64,000 nt of DNA from Eledone cirrhosa. Its lineage: Eukaryota. The notes beneath the pieces are model-generated. The model had not been told where the DNA came from, searched no databases, and saw only the letters and a list, made by a program, of their open reading frames with translations. Where the stretch lies: contig OZ024742.1 in assembly GCA_964016885.1 (NCBI GenBank), forward strand, positions 320,292,001 to 320,356,000, written 5' to 3'. Shown here one piece after another: positions 1 through 13,061 of the stretch. The position numbers and the translations under genes were made by a program. The first letter of the stretch is position 1, and every line of letters starts with the position of its first letter.

Positions 1-260
1 ACACTACTCCACACACAACTACACTACTCTACACACCACTACACTACTAAACACACCACTACACTACTCTACACACCACTACACTACTCTACACACCACT
101 CCACTACACACCACTCCACTACTCTACACACCACTACACTACTCTACACACCACTACACTACACAACGCACCATTACACTACACAACACACCACTACACT
201 ACTCTACACACCACTACAATACTCTACACACCACTACACTACTCTACACACCACTTCACA
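1..260. repeat. Degenerate ~20-bp tandem repeat (ACACTACTCTACACACCACT)
   Basis: Unit visibly repeated from the window start; runs off the left edge. Confidence 0.85.
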
Positions 261-399
261 TACGACACAGAACATTACCTTCCCCCACACGTCACCACAT
301 CACAACACGACGCACATACACAATAAACTACACACACATAGACACGTACGCACACAGACGTACGCACACACCCACACACCCACATATACACACATACAC

Positions 400-3300
400 A
401 CAATATTACCCTATTCCTCATCACTACCACCGCTACCACAATATTACCCTATTCCTTACCACCAGCATTACCACCATATTACCCTATTCCTCACCACCAC
501 CACCACCACCACCACCACCACACTGTTACTCTATTCCTCACCACCACCACTACCACACTGTTACCCTATTCCTCACCACCACCATTACCACACACAATAT
601 TACCCTATTCCTTACCACCACCACTACCACACTGTTACCCTATTCCTCACCACCACCACTACCACACACACTGTTACCCTATTCCTCACCACCACCATTA
701 CCACACACAATATTACCCTATTCCTCACTACCACCACTACCACACTGTTACCCTATTCCTCACCACCACCACTACCACACACACTGTTACCCTATTCCTC
801 ACCACCACCACTACCACACTGTTACCCTATTCCTCACCACCACCACTACCACACTGTTACCCTAATCCTCACCACCACCATTACCACACACAATATTACC
901 CTATTCCTCACTACCACCACTACCACACTGTTACCCTATTCCTCACCACCACCATTACCACACACAATATTACCCTATTCCTCACTACCACCACTACCAC
1001 ACTGTTACCCTATTCCTCACCACCACCATTACCACACACAATATTACCCTATTCCTCACCACCACCACTACCACACACAATATTACCCTATTCCTCACCA
1101 CCACCACTACCACACTGTTACCCTATTCCTCACCACCACCACTACCACACACAATATTACCCTATTCCTCACCACCACCACTACCACACACAATATTACC
1201 CTATTCCTCACCACCACCACTACCACACTGTTACCCTATTCCTCACCACCACCACTACCACACACAATATTACCCTATTCCTCACCACCACCACTACCAC
1301 ACTGTTACCCTATTCCTCACCACCACCATTACCACACACAATATTACCCTATTCCTCACCACCACCACTACCACACTGTTACCCTATTCCTCACCACCAC
1401 CACTACCACACACAATATTACCCTATTCCTCACTACCACCACTACCACACTGTTACCCTATTCCTCACCACCACCATTACCACACACAATATTACCCTAT
1501 TCCTCACTACCACCACTACCACACTGTTACCCTATTCCTCACCACCACCACTACCACACTGTTACCCTATTCCTCACCACCACCACTACCACACACAATA
1601 TTACCCTATTCCTCACCACCACCACTACCACACTGTTACCCCATTCCTCACCACCACCATTACCACACTGTTACCTTATTCCTCACCACCACCACTACCA
1701 CGCACAATATTACCCTATTCCTCACTACCACCACTACCACACACAATATTACCCTATTCCTCACCACCACCAATACCACACTGTTACCCTATTCCTCACC
1801 ACCACCACTACCACACACAATATTACCCTATTCCTCACCACCACCACTACCACACACAATATTACCCTATTCCTCACCACCACCACTACCACACACACTG
1901 TTACCCTATTCCTCACCACCACCACCACTACCACACACACTGTTACCCTATTCCTCACTACCACCACTACCACACACAATATTACCCTATTCCTCACTAC
2001 CACCACTACCACACACAATATTACCCTATTCCTCACCACCACCAATACCACAATATTACCCTATTCCTCACCACCACCACTACCACACACAACATTACCC
2101 TATTCCTCACCACCACCACTACCACACACACTGTTACCCTATTCCTCACCACCACCACTACCACACACACTGTTACCCTATTCCTCACCACCACCACTAC
2201 CACACACAATATTACCCTATTCCTCACCACCACCACTACCACACACACTGTTACCCTATTCCTCACCACCACCACTACCACACACAATATTACCCTATTC
2301 CTCACCACCACCACTACCACACTGTTACCCTATTCCTCACCACCACCATTACCACACACACTGTTACCCTATTCCTCACTACCACCACTACCACACACAA
2401 TATTACCCTATTCCTCACCACCACCACTACCACACTGTTACCCTATTCCTCACCACCACCATTACCACACACACTGTTACCCTATTCCTCACCACCACCA
2501 CTACCACACTGTTACCCTATTCCTCACTGCCACCACTACCACCAACAATATTACCCTATTCCTCACCACCACCACTACCACACACAATATTACCCTATTC
2601 CTCACCACCACCAATACCACACTGTTACCCTATTCCTCACCACCACAATTACCACACTGTTACCCTATTCCTCACCACCACCACTACCACACACAATATT
2701 ACCCTATTCCTCACCACCACCACTACCACACACACTGTTACCCTATTCCTCACCACCACCACTACCACACACAATATTACCCTATTCCTCACCACCACCA
2801 CTACCACACTGTTACCCTATTCCTCACCACCACCACTACCACACTGTTACCCTATTCCTCACCACCACCACTACCACACACAATATTACCCTATTCCTCA
2901 CCACCACCATTACCACACACACTGTTACCCTATTCCTCACCACCACCACTACCACACACAATATTACCCTATTCCTCACCACCACCACCACTACCACACT
3001 GTTACCCTATTCCTCACCACCACCATTACCACACACACTGTTACCCTATTCCTCACTACCACCACTACCACACACAATATTACCCTATTCCTCACCACCA
3101 CCACTACCACACACAATATTACCCTATTCCTCACCACCACCACTACCACACACACTGTTACCCTATTCCTCACCACCACCACTACCACACACAATATTAC
3201 CCTATTCCTCACCACCACCACTACCACACACACTGTTACCCTATTCCTCACCACCACCACTACCACACACAATATTACCCTATTCCTCACCACCACTACT

Positions 3301-6025
3301 ACCACACTGTTACCCTATTCATCACCACCACCATTACCACACACACTGTTACCCTATTCCTCACCACCACCACTACCACACACAATATTACCCTATTCCT
3401 CACCACCACCACTACCACACACACTGTTACCCTATTCCTCACCACCACCACTACCACACACAATATTACCCTATTCCTCACCACCACTACTACCACACTG
3501 TTACCCTATTCATCACCACCACCATTACCACACACACTGTTACCCTATTCCTCACCACCACCACTACCACACACAATATTACCCTATTCCTCACCACCAC
3601 TACCACACACAATATTACCCTATTCCTCACCACCACCACTACCACACACAATATTACCCTATTCCTCACCACCACCACTACCACACACAATATTACCCTA
3701 TTCCTCACCACCACCACTACCACACACAATATTACCCTATTCCTCACCACCACCACTACCACACACACTGTTACCCTATTCCTCACCACCACCACTACCA
3801 CACACAATATTACCCTATTCCTCACCACCACCAATACCACACACACTGTTACCCTATTCCTCACCACCACCACTACCACACACAATATTACCCTATTCCT
3901 CACCACCACTACTACCACACTGTTACCCTATTCATCACCACCACCATTACCACACACACTGTTACCCTATTCCTCACTACCACCACTACCACACACAATA
4001 TTACCCTATTCCTCACCACCACCACTACCACACACAATATTACCCTATTCCTCACCACCACCACTACCACACACAATATTACCCTATTCCTCACCACCAC
4101 CACCACTACCACACACAATATTACCCTATTCCTCACCACCACCACCACCACCACCACACACAATATTACCCTATTCCTCACCACCACCACTACCACACAC
4201 AATATTACCCTATTCCTCACCACCACCACTACCACACACACTGTTACCCTATTCCTCACCACCACCACTACCACACACAATATTACCCTATTCCTCACCA
4301 CCACCACTACCACACTGTTACCCTATTCCTCACCACCACCACTACAACACACACTGTTACCATATTCCTCACCACCACCACTACCACACACAATATTACC
4401 CTATTCCTCACCACCACCACTACCACACACAATATTACCCTATTCCTCACCACCACCACTACCACACACACTGTTACCCTATTCCTCACCACCACCACTA
4501 CCACACACAATATTACCCTATTCCTCACCACCACCACTACCACACTGTTACCCTATTCCTCACCACCACCACTACAACACACACTGTTACCATATTCCTC
4601 ACCACCACCACTACCACACACAATATTACCCTATTCCTCACCACCACCACTACCACACACAATATTACCCTATTCCTCACCACCACCACTACCACACTGT
4701 TACCCTATTCCTCACCACCACCACTACAACACACACTGTTACCCTATTCCTCACCACCACCACTACCACACACACTGTTACCCTATTCCTCACCACCACC
4801 ACTACCACACACAATATTACCCTATTCCTCACCACCACCACTACCACACTGTTACCCTATTCCTCACCACCACCACTACAACACACAATATTACCCTATT
4901 CTTCACCACCACCACTACCACACACAATATTACCCTATTCTTCACCACCACCACTACCACACACAATATTACCCTATTCCTCACCACCACCACTACAACA
5001 CACAATATTACCCTATTCCTCACCACCACCACTACCACACACAATATTACCCTATTCTTCACCACCACCACTACCACACACAATATTACCCTATTCCTCA
5101 CCACCACCACTACCACACTGTTACCCTATTCCTCACCACCACCATTACCACACACAATATTACCCTATTCCTCACTACCACCACTACCACACTGTTACCC
5201 TATTCCTCACTGCCACCACTACCACACACAATATTACCCTATTCTTCACCACCACCACTACCACACACAATATTACCCTATTCTTCACCACCACCACTAC
5301 CACACACAATATTACCCTATTCCTCACCACCACCACTACCACACTGTTACCCTATTCCTCACCACCACCATTACCACACACAATATTACCCTATTCCTCA
5401 CTACCACCACTACCACACTGTTACCCTATTCCTCACTGCCACCACTACCACACACAATATTACCCTATTCTTCACCACCACCACTACCACACACAATATT
5501 ACCCTATTCTTCACCACCACCACTACCACACACAATATTACCCTATTCCTCACTACCACCACTACCACACTGTTACCCTATTCCTCACCACCACCATTAT
5601 CACACTGTTACCCTATTCCTCACCACCACCACACACAATATTACCCTATTCCTCACTACCACCACTACCACACTGTTACCCTATTCCTCACTACCACCAC
5701 TACCACACACAATATTACCCTATTCCTCACTACCACCACTACCACACTGTTACCCTATTCCTCACCACCACCATTATCACACTGTTACCCTATTCCTCAC
5801 CACCACCACACACAATATTACCCTATTCCTCACTACCACCACTACCACACTGTTACCCTATTCCTCACTACCACCACTACCACACACAATATTACCCTAT
5901 TCCTCACTACCACCACTACCACACTGTTACCCTATTCCTCACCACCACCATTATCACACTGTTACCCTATTCCTCACCACCACCACACACAATATTACCT
6001 TATTCCTCACCACCACCACCACAAC
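400..6025. repeat. Minisatellite, 35/39-bp variant units TACCCTATTCCTCACCACCACCACTACCACAC(ACAATAT|TGT|ACACTGT)
   Basis: Well over 100 tandem units with three main tail variants; the VVVRNRV ORFs are its translations. Confidence 0.97.
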
Positions 6026-6170
6026 CACTACATACATCTGAAATATATGAAATTCCATTCAGAAATAATCCAGTTCACATATTTAGGATACAACATATTT
6101 GGGATAGCACAACAATAGATGTTAACAATCTTGCCCTTTTTCTACCTATAAAGTTTCGTCCTTTTCCTTT

Positions 6171-6387
6171 TCTTTCTTCTTCTTTCTCAATTCTTTCTTC
6201 TTCTTCTTCTTCTTCTTCTTCTTCTTCTTCCATTCTTTCTTCTTCTTCTTCTTCCATTCTTTCTTCTTCTTCTTCTTCTTCTTCCATTCTTTCTTCTTCT
6301 TCTTCTTCTTCCATTCTTTCTTCTTCTTCTTCTTCTTCTTCTTCTTCTTCTTCTTCTTCTTCTTCTTCTTCTTCTTCTTCTTCTTCT
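6171..6387. repeat. (TTC)n microsatellite with CATTCT interruptions
   Basis: Seen directly; gives the poly-E/K/R ORFs. Confidence 0.97.
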
Positions 6388-6852
6388 CCCCCACCCATCA
6401 ACTTGCTCTCCTATTTCTCCCACACCCCACTGTCAGTTTTCAGCTCATTTCTACCATGTAGGTATTTTCTCCTTTTTCTTTGTTTGTCAAACAATGTATT
6501 CTTATTCTCATTCGTGAGGTATTGTTGTAGTGTTTCCCGTTTGTCGTCCTTGTGGCAAAAAGAAAGAAAGAAAGAAAGAAAGAAAGAAATAAGATAACAC
6601 CTGTGAATTATCTGAGCCTCGGGCAAAAGGCTTTACGGTGTTTGTTTCTACTTTTTTACCTTCTGAGTTCAGATTCCACCGAGGTTAAAGAGTAATCACC
6701 GCATGATGTGGAAGTTGAGTATAAGTTGTATTAACAGTTTAACTAATTCATGCGTTACCACTAGTTTCATATACATAAACATTCTAACTCTTCAGATATA
6801 AATTAGATCTACATTACAGATGGTTTCAAAGACACAGAATCTCTCTCTCTCT

Positions 6853-6885
<33 letters not shown>

Positions 6886-6889
<4 letters not shown>

Positions 6890-7072
6890 AAAATGTTTAA
6901 CCCCGACGGCAGAGCTCAAGCCGTTTCGACGTCTGTCCAGAAATAGCCGTCGAACGGCTTGAGCTCTGCCGTCGGGGTTAAACATTTTCCTATTACCCAC
7001 TCTACTACCCTAAGTATTGAGTACTCTGGTGCGTTATGGTCCATCTGGTTCCTTACCACACCTCCTTCGTTA
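6886..7072 (+). mobile_element. Short fold-back (hairpin) element in (TA)n, probably a PLE terminal-repeat fragment; family H copy 1
   Basis: TAGGAAAATGTTTAACCCCGACGGCAGAGCTCAAGCCGTT...AACGGCTTGAGCTCTGCCGTCGGGGTTAAACATTTTCCTA palindrome plus ~80-bp tail shared with 21788, 36491 and 38687. Confidence 0.75.
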
Positions 7073-7620
7073 TATATATATATATATAATATTAATAATA
7101 CTAATAAATGGAAAATATCTTTATGACAACATATTTATTTTATTATACATATTTATGTAAATATACATACACACACACACACACACACATACACACACAC
7201 ACATATATATATGCATACACACGCACACACACACATATAATATTATTTTTGAGAGAGATTTTAACTGCTATTTCTAGTAAATCGAACCTCCATCTACGTT
7301 ACAACTACATTGTGAGTTCTTTTGGAAAAATAAATATATATTTAAGGGAGATTTTAACTGGGTTTTTTTGTCAAGCAGATTTAGATACCAACTACTTTGA
7401 AACTTCTTTATCAGCTCTTTTGAAAGAGAAATAAAATGCATTTGAGAAAGGCTGGTGTTTCTAGTAGTACGCAGAAGTTCTCTTATTGACTTCTTTGTAA
7501 GAGAAATAGATTGAATTGGAGTGAGAGTTTGGCTGTTATTTCTGTCAGCTGGCGCTACTTACTAGGTAAAAGCTTCCTTAAGGAGATTAATTAGCAGTAG
7601 CACTAACATAGTGTGATTCA

Positions 7621-7830
7621 TAATGGTTTCTGATTTAGGCACAAGTCCAACAATTTTTGGGAAGGGGAAAGTCGATTAAATCAACCCCAGTGCATTATTG
7701 GTACTTTATTTATCGACCCCGTAAGGATGAAAGGCAAAGCTGACCTCAGCGGGATTTGAACTCAAAACGTAAAGGGCCGTACGTAACTCTATGTCGCAAA
7801 GCATTTTGTTCGACGCTCTACCGATATTGG
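7621..7830 (-). mobile_element. tRNA-derived SINE (family S1)
   Basis: Reverse complement of GAGTTCAAATCCCGC.GAGGT..CTTTGCCTTTCATCCTTACGGGGTCGATAAA; B-box-like GTTCAAATCC; many copies in the window. Confidence 0.85.
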
Positions 7831-7946
7831 TGTATGATATGAAGGCATACACTATATGTTTATGTATAAAATACATATATAAATCTCGCTATGAATGTTT
7901 CAAACTGTGATAATGTCACATCATGAAACAGTCATAGCGAAACTTA

Positions 7947-8362
7947 TTGGCAGTGTCGGTAGAAGGTCGGACGCCATACTTTGACGCATAGAGTTACGGC
8001 CCTTGCCATTCTGTGTTCAAATCCCACCGAGGTTAACTTTGCCTTTCATCCTTACGGGGGCGATAAAATAAAGTACCAGTAATGCACTGGGTAATTGCTG
8101 GCCTTGTAACAAAAGTAGAAACAATTATATATAAATATATACGATCGAAAAAATAAAAATACCAGTAACGTGCTGGGGAAGATTAAATCGACTACCCCCG
8201 CCCCGGAAAAAGGTTGTTACTCTTGTGTCTAAATCAGAAACCATTATACATAAACATATACGGTCGATAAAATAAAAGTACCAGTAATGCACTGGAACCG
8301 ATTAAATTGACTTTCCTCTCCCCCAAAATTGTTGGTCTTGTGCCTATATCAGAAACCATTAT
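7947..8362 (+). mobile_element. SINE S1 followed by two tandem 3'-half copies
   Basis: TGGCAGTGTCGGTAGA head, GTTCAAATCC box, core, then CGATAAAATAAAAGTACCAGT...CAGAAACCATTAT repeated twice. Confidence 0.85.
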
Positions 8363-8599
8363 ACATAAACATATCGTGTATGTCTTCATATATACCTCTA
8401 TCTTAAGTAAATTGTATTAGTATGTAAAGAATTTATAGATGCAGAAAGGAGTTATTTGAAGCCCGGTATTCTAGGTCATAGCAACCCTCTTAACTACGAC
8501 AGCAGTAACTTTTTCTGCTTGGGGATTCGGCAAACAATATCGATCTGTCTGTCTAGTCAGAACAGACGGCTCATTGCCAGGGCATTCTTTCAACCAAGC

Positions 8600-8973
8600 A
8601 TCCCTTACTCCACCTCTCTCTCTCTCACTTTTTCTGCTTCTTTTACTCACTTCTCTCTCTTTCTCTCAGCTTTTCTCCTATTCTATATCTCTCCCCTTCT
8701 GTCTTTCACTATTTTACGCCCCTCTCTCCTTTCTCTTCCTCTTGCTCTCTCGTCTTTTCTAACCTCTCCGCCTTCTCTCATTGTCTCTCAACCTTTTGTC
8801 CCCCTCTCTGCTTTCTCTCATCCTATCTTTCCCCCTTTTTGCCTATCTCTCACCCCGTTCTTCCCCATCTTTCCTATCTCTTCTCCTTCTCTTCCCATAA
8901 CATATAATCTGCCTTCATTTACTCGTCTTTTGTTTTGTCCCTTTGCTTCATCTCTCCACTCCCACCTATGTGC

Positions 8974-9049
<76 letters not shown>

Positions 9050-9233
9050 GTCTCTACCTTTTTGTTTGTTTTCATTTTCTCGACACATTTCTTGTTTCCT
9101 TACTCTCCTTTTTCCTTGTTTCTGTGTCTGTCTGTCTCTTGTCTCTTTGTCACTGTCTGTCTGCCTGCCTATGTATGTATGTATGTATGTATGTATGTAT
9201 GTATGTATGTATGTATGTATGTATGTATGTATG
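8600..9233. repeat. Pyrimidine-rich low-complexity tract with (TC)n and (TATG)n
   Basis: Seen directly. Confidence 0.9.
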
Positions 9234-9315
9234 TTATCTCTTTCTCTTAATTTCGAGTATATTTTTTTTGATCGGCCACCTTCCTGGTGGCAAGGTTGTA
9301 AAAGAAAAGAAATTG

Positions 9316-9991
9316 TCATCCCTTGAATCGCAAGAATGTTTTGCAAATTTTGAAGGTGCCAGCTATCGCAGCCATTTGTAGACTATGAATTAGGGAGCTG
9401 CGCTTTTTGTCCGCAAATCCAAGTTCAGTCATACTTTGGTCCAAGCGGGTTGGTATATAACCCGTAGCTCCAATAATGATGGGTATGAAGCTAAAGGTGT
9501 ATCTTGGATACTGGATTTGTAAACTCCTCATCAATGGTCCGTAGATGTCCTCCTTCTCCTGTATTTTTCTTACAACGTTTACATCAAGTGGGCAGCTGAT
9601 CTCCACAACAGAACACGTTTTCAATGTGTGGTCCCAAACAACAATATCAGGCCGGTTGTGCTTTAATTTGGTGGCAGTTTTTATTTTCAGGTTCCACCAG
9701 TATTCCTTAGTGCCATCTGTCTCAATATATTCTTCCTCGTTTGTTGTTAATTTTGTTTTCCGAAGTGCGTTCCAGATGGTTCTAGCTATCCCATCGTGTC
9801 TCATGGGGGAGGTAGTAGCGAGATGACATTCTTTCGCAGCTGGCAACAATGTGGCTTACATCCTCGATCTTTGTTTTACATAGCCTACATTTATTGTCAG
9901 CTGCTGGTCCTCCTCTTTGGTGCAGCAGATATTTGGTAGGGAGTTCTTGTTCCTGTATTGCATAGAGATATCCCTCAAGGTGTGATGTCAT
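9316..9991 (-). pseudogene. CCHC knuckle and PD-(D/E)xK endonuclease of the R4/Dong element
   Basis: AIQEQ, CRLC, RHDGIAR, HNRPDIVV, VEISCP, IPIIIGATG across two frames. Confidence 0.88.
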
Positions 9992-10316
9992 AAACTTGTC
10001 GGAACTCCATGCCAGGCTTTTGAGTGGTTTATCCCCTCTATGGTCTGTGTTTTACGTCTCAAGTATCCATGCACAACTTTTTCTGTAAATTGGTAAATTT
10101 TTTATCTTGTTTGAACATTGAATAGGATCTTCCGATTTCTCTGGGTGAGAGATTTATATCAGGCTTTATTCCATATCTCTCCTCCAGATCAGTCGCTATT
10201 CTAATGATATTTTTTTTTTCATGCTCATAAACCTGGGCAAGAAGGTTGCCAACCTTTTTCCTCTGTTGAAGGTGTTGCTTCAGTGTTACTATCCGGGTCT
10301 CATATGTTGTTAATAT

Positions 10317-12698
10317 TTATTTTAGACCCCGGCCACCTTCCTTGCGTGAGAAGTATAGCCTATCCACATCACCATTGATGTTAAAGTTCCTAGTAACACT
10401 GAGAAGTTTGCGAGTTCTAACATCCATCTCACTTAGTTCTTGCAATGACCAGTTCAGCAGGCCAAACGTTGGCGTTAGAATTGGCACAGCATAAGTATTG
10501 TGGGCAATGTATTTGTTGTACGCTGACAGTTCTGATGACCATATTTTCTTTACTCTTCTGAGGTATTCAGTTCTGGTTCTCTCCTTATTTATGGGTCCAT
10601 CATATCTGACATTCTCATCCTGTCCAAGATATTTGTAGTTGTCACCTGACTGTAGAGGTTGTATTGTCAGGCCGTTCATCTCTAGATTTCTAGAGGAGAG
10701 AACAGCTCTTCCACGTTTTACTGCCAAATATGCACACTTGGACTCACCAAATTTCATTTTGATGTCGGTTGAAAATTGTGTAATGAGGTCCAATTGTTTC
10801 TTGATGTCATTGATATTTGGCCCATATAACTTCAGGTCATCAACAAAGAAAAGATGGGAGATACTTCTGGACCCATTTCTTTGTCCACCTTGTTTCCTGA
10901 GTAGGTAAGATAGTGGATTCAGTGAGAGAACGAAGAGTAGCACTGACAAGCTATCACCCTGAAAAATGCTCTTCTGGTAATGTATCTTATCAGTCTTAAT
11001 TTTCTCCTTCTCACCTCTAAGGATCAAATTGGTGTACCAGTTCTTGGTCAGGCGTTCAACAGCAGCTACCAATGGTTGTGGGACTTTGGCTAACTGTAAA
11101 GCCTTAATAATCCACCCATAAGGTACACTATCAAATGCTTTTTGATAGTCCAGCCACACAACAGTTATGTTTCTGCGATTCTTTGTTGTTTTTTCCTGAA
11201 TCATTTTGTTAGTTAGTAGGTGATCTGTGCAACCCCACACCTCCCTCTTTCCACCAGCTTGCTCAGGTGTCATGATGTTGTTGGTAGCACAGTGATCCTG
11301 TAAGAACAGGTTAAGGCACCCAGTATATAATTTATACATGATGTTTTGGCAGGCTATTGGGCGGTAATTTTTAGCAAGGGTGGTTTGGCTATTTTTGGGA
11401 ATGAGGAGAGTATTGGCAGTTGATAACCATCTGGGCAGATCTTGTGTGCCTTTAATGGTTTCTGTAAACAGCCGTATGAGATCTTGCCGATAGAAAGTGA
11501 ACTCCTTCAACCAGTATCCTGTAATGAAGTCTGGGCCTGGCGATTTCCTATTCGACATTTTCTGTAGAGCTGTTTCCAGTATTGACCCATCTATGTCATA
11601 TTGTTTTGTCTGGACATGTTGGCAGTAGTCCTGTTCCAGTTTTTTTAGCCAATTAGTTTGTCTGTTGAATCCGTCATCCGTTTCCCATACAGATCTCCAG
11701 TAGCTCTCAACCTGTTCTTTTGAAGGGGTGTCATTTACAGGGATTGAGCTTTTGCCACCGAAGCTGCGATAAACTGAGTTAGGATCTCTGGCAAACAATC
11801 TATTTAGCACTTGTCGTTTATGTGCTGTTGACTTATATTTTAGTCTTTCTGTTGTAACTGTGTGTTGTTGTTTCAACTGGTGTAATTTGGAGTTCAAAGT
11901 TTTAAATTTTGTATCTCCAAATCGTCTCTCTAACTTTTTTTTTAGGTCTTCCTGGTGTCGTGTGAAGTTGCTCTCTATGTTGCATTTCATAACGACTGCG
12001 ATGTGTGAGATACTTCGTCTCAGGGACAACATTTTGCTTTTTAAATTTCGCATCCACGCTGGTTCAGGCTTTCTGTTTGTATCTTGATTGTGTGGTTTTA
12101 GATGTGTGTTATATGATAGCAATGTGACAGCTGAAACACATAACAAAATATTAAGCGTTTCAAATGTCGTTTCTACACCTTTAGATCGTATAGCCTTCAG
12201 ATAATTGCCAGCTATTTCGTTCACCGCTTCCAATTCCAATTTAGTGGGTTCTTTACTGATTCTGATGTTGTATGGTCTGTCACTCACATTAAGGCTGTGT
12301 ATCTCTTGAAACATATCATTCCATATCACTTGTAAGGTGTCCACAAGTTTTTGGTGTTCTGTTTGTTCAGTAGAGTCATGGATTTCAGCCTCGTTGTTGA
12401 TGTGGTGACAATTACTACTAGAGTTAGCTGACCTTTCTCGCTGTTCTTCAGTGGAAGTGGGATGGATTTCAGCAAAATTGTTGGTGAGCTGTTCACTGTT
12501 AGATTTAGCTGGCCATTCTTTTTGTCTGTCAGTGGAGGTGGGGTGGTTGTGTACAAGGGCTGTATTTGTAGTATCACTCAATTCCGTTAGATGTATCAAT
12601 TTACATCTAATGATACGTTTTGCCTGTTCATTTAAATGCTTTGGAGAAAAGTCTAATTCTGGGTGTTTGGAGTTCCATAAAGTTTTTAGCCTTTGCAT
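10317..12698 (-). pseudogene. Reverse transcriptase ORF of the R4/Dong element (ends at a frameshift)
   Basis: 793-aa ORF with a full set of RT motifs; continues in other frames at 9782-9991 and 9316-9849. Confidence 0.9.
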
Positions 12699-12805
12699 AA
12701 AACCGAACTTTTGGGGGTTCAGATTGTATGTATGTATGTTTGTATGTATGTATATTCTTCTGGTTTTATAATTTCACAAATTTTTGTATGTATGCATGCG
12801 TGCAT

Positions 12806-12966
12806 GTATCTATCTATCTACCTAACCTACCTACCTACCTACCTACCTACCTATCTACCTACCTACCTACCTACCTACCTACCTACCTACCTACCTACCT
12901 ACCTACCTACCTACATACCTACCTACCTACATATCTATCTATCTACCTACCTACCTACCTACCTAC

Positions 12967-13001
<35 letters not shown>

Positions 13002-13061
13002 CCTACCTACCTACCTACCTACCTACCTACCTACCTACCTACCTACCTACCTACCTACCTA
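12806..13061. repeat. (TACC)n/(TATC)n microsatellite
   Basis: Seen directly. Confidence 0.97.

Larger units (their letters stand above)
9234..12726 (-). mobile_element. R4/Dong-clade non-LTR retrotransposon (RT plus restriction-like endonuclease), frameshifted
   Basis: RT motifs KSPGPD, NYRPIAC, WLDYQKAFDSV, IFQGDSLS, LFFVDD; zinc knuckle CRLC..HIVASC, RHD, RPDIVVWD..VEISCP; no APE domain; (TATG)n on both flanks. Confidence 0.9.

Noticed and set aside
1-6025. Telomeric repeat
   Set aside because: Only a single CCCTA per unit; no (TTAGGG)n run
1761-6423. Val-rich and poly-E/K/R ORFs
   Set aside because: Translations of the minisatellite and (TTC)n; no protein signal
7947-8030. Functional tRNA genes at SINE heads
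   Set aside because: A/B-box-like motifs without a cloverleaf, always fused to the SINE core
12693-13061. YLPT-repeat N-terminus fused to the Tx1 endonuclease
   Set aside because: In-frame read-through of (TACC)n into a truncated element
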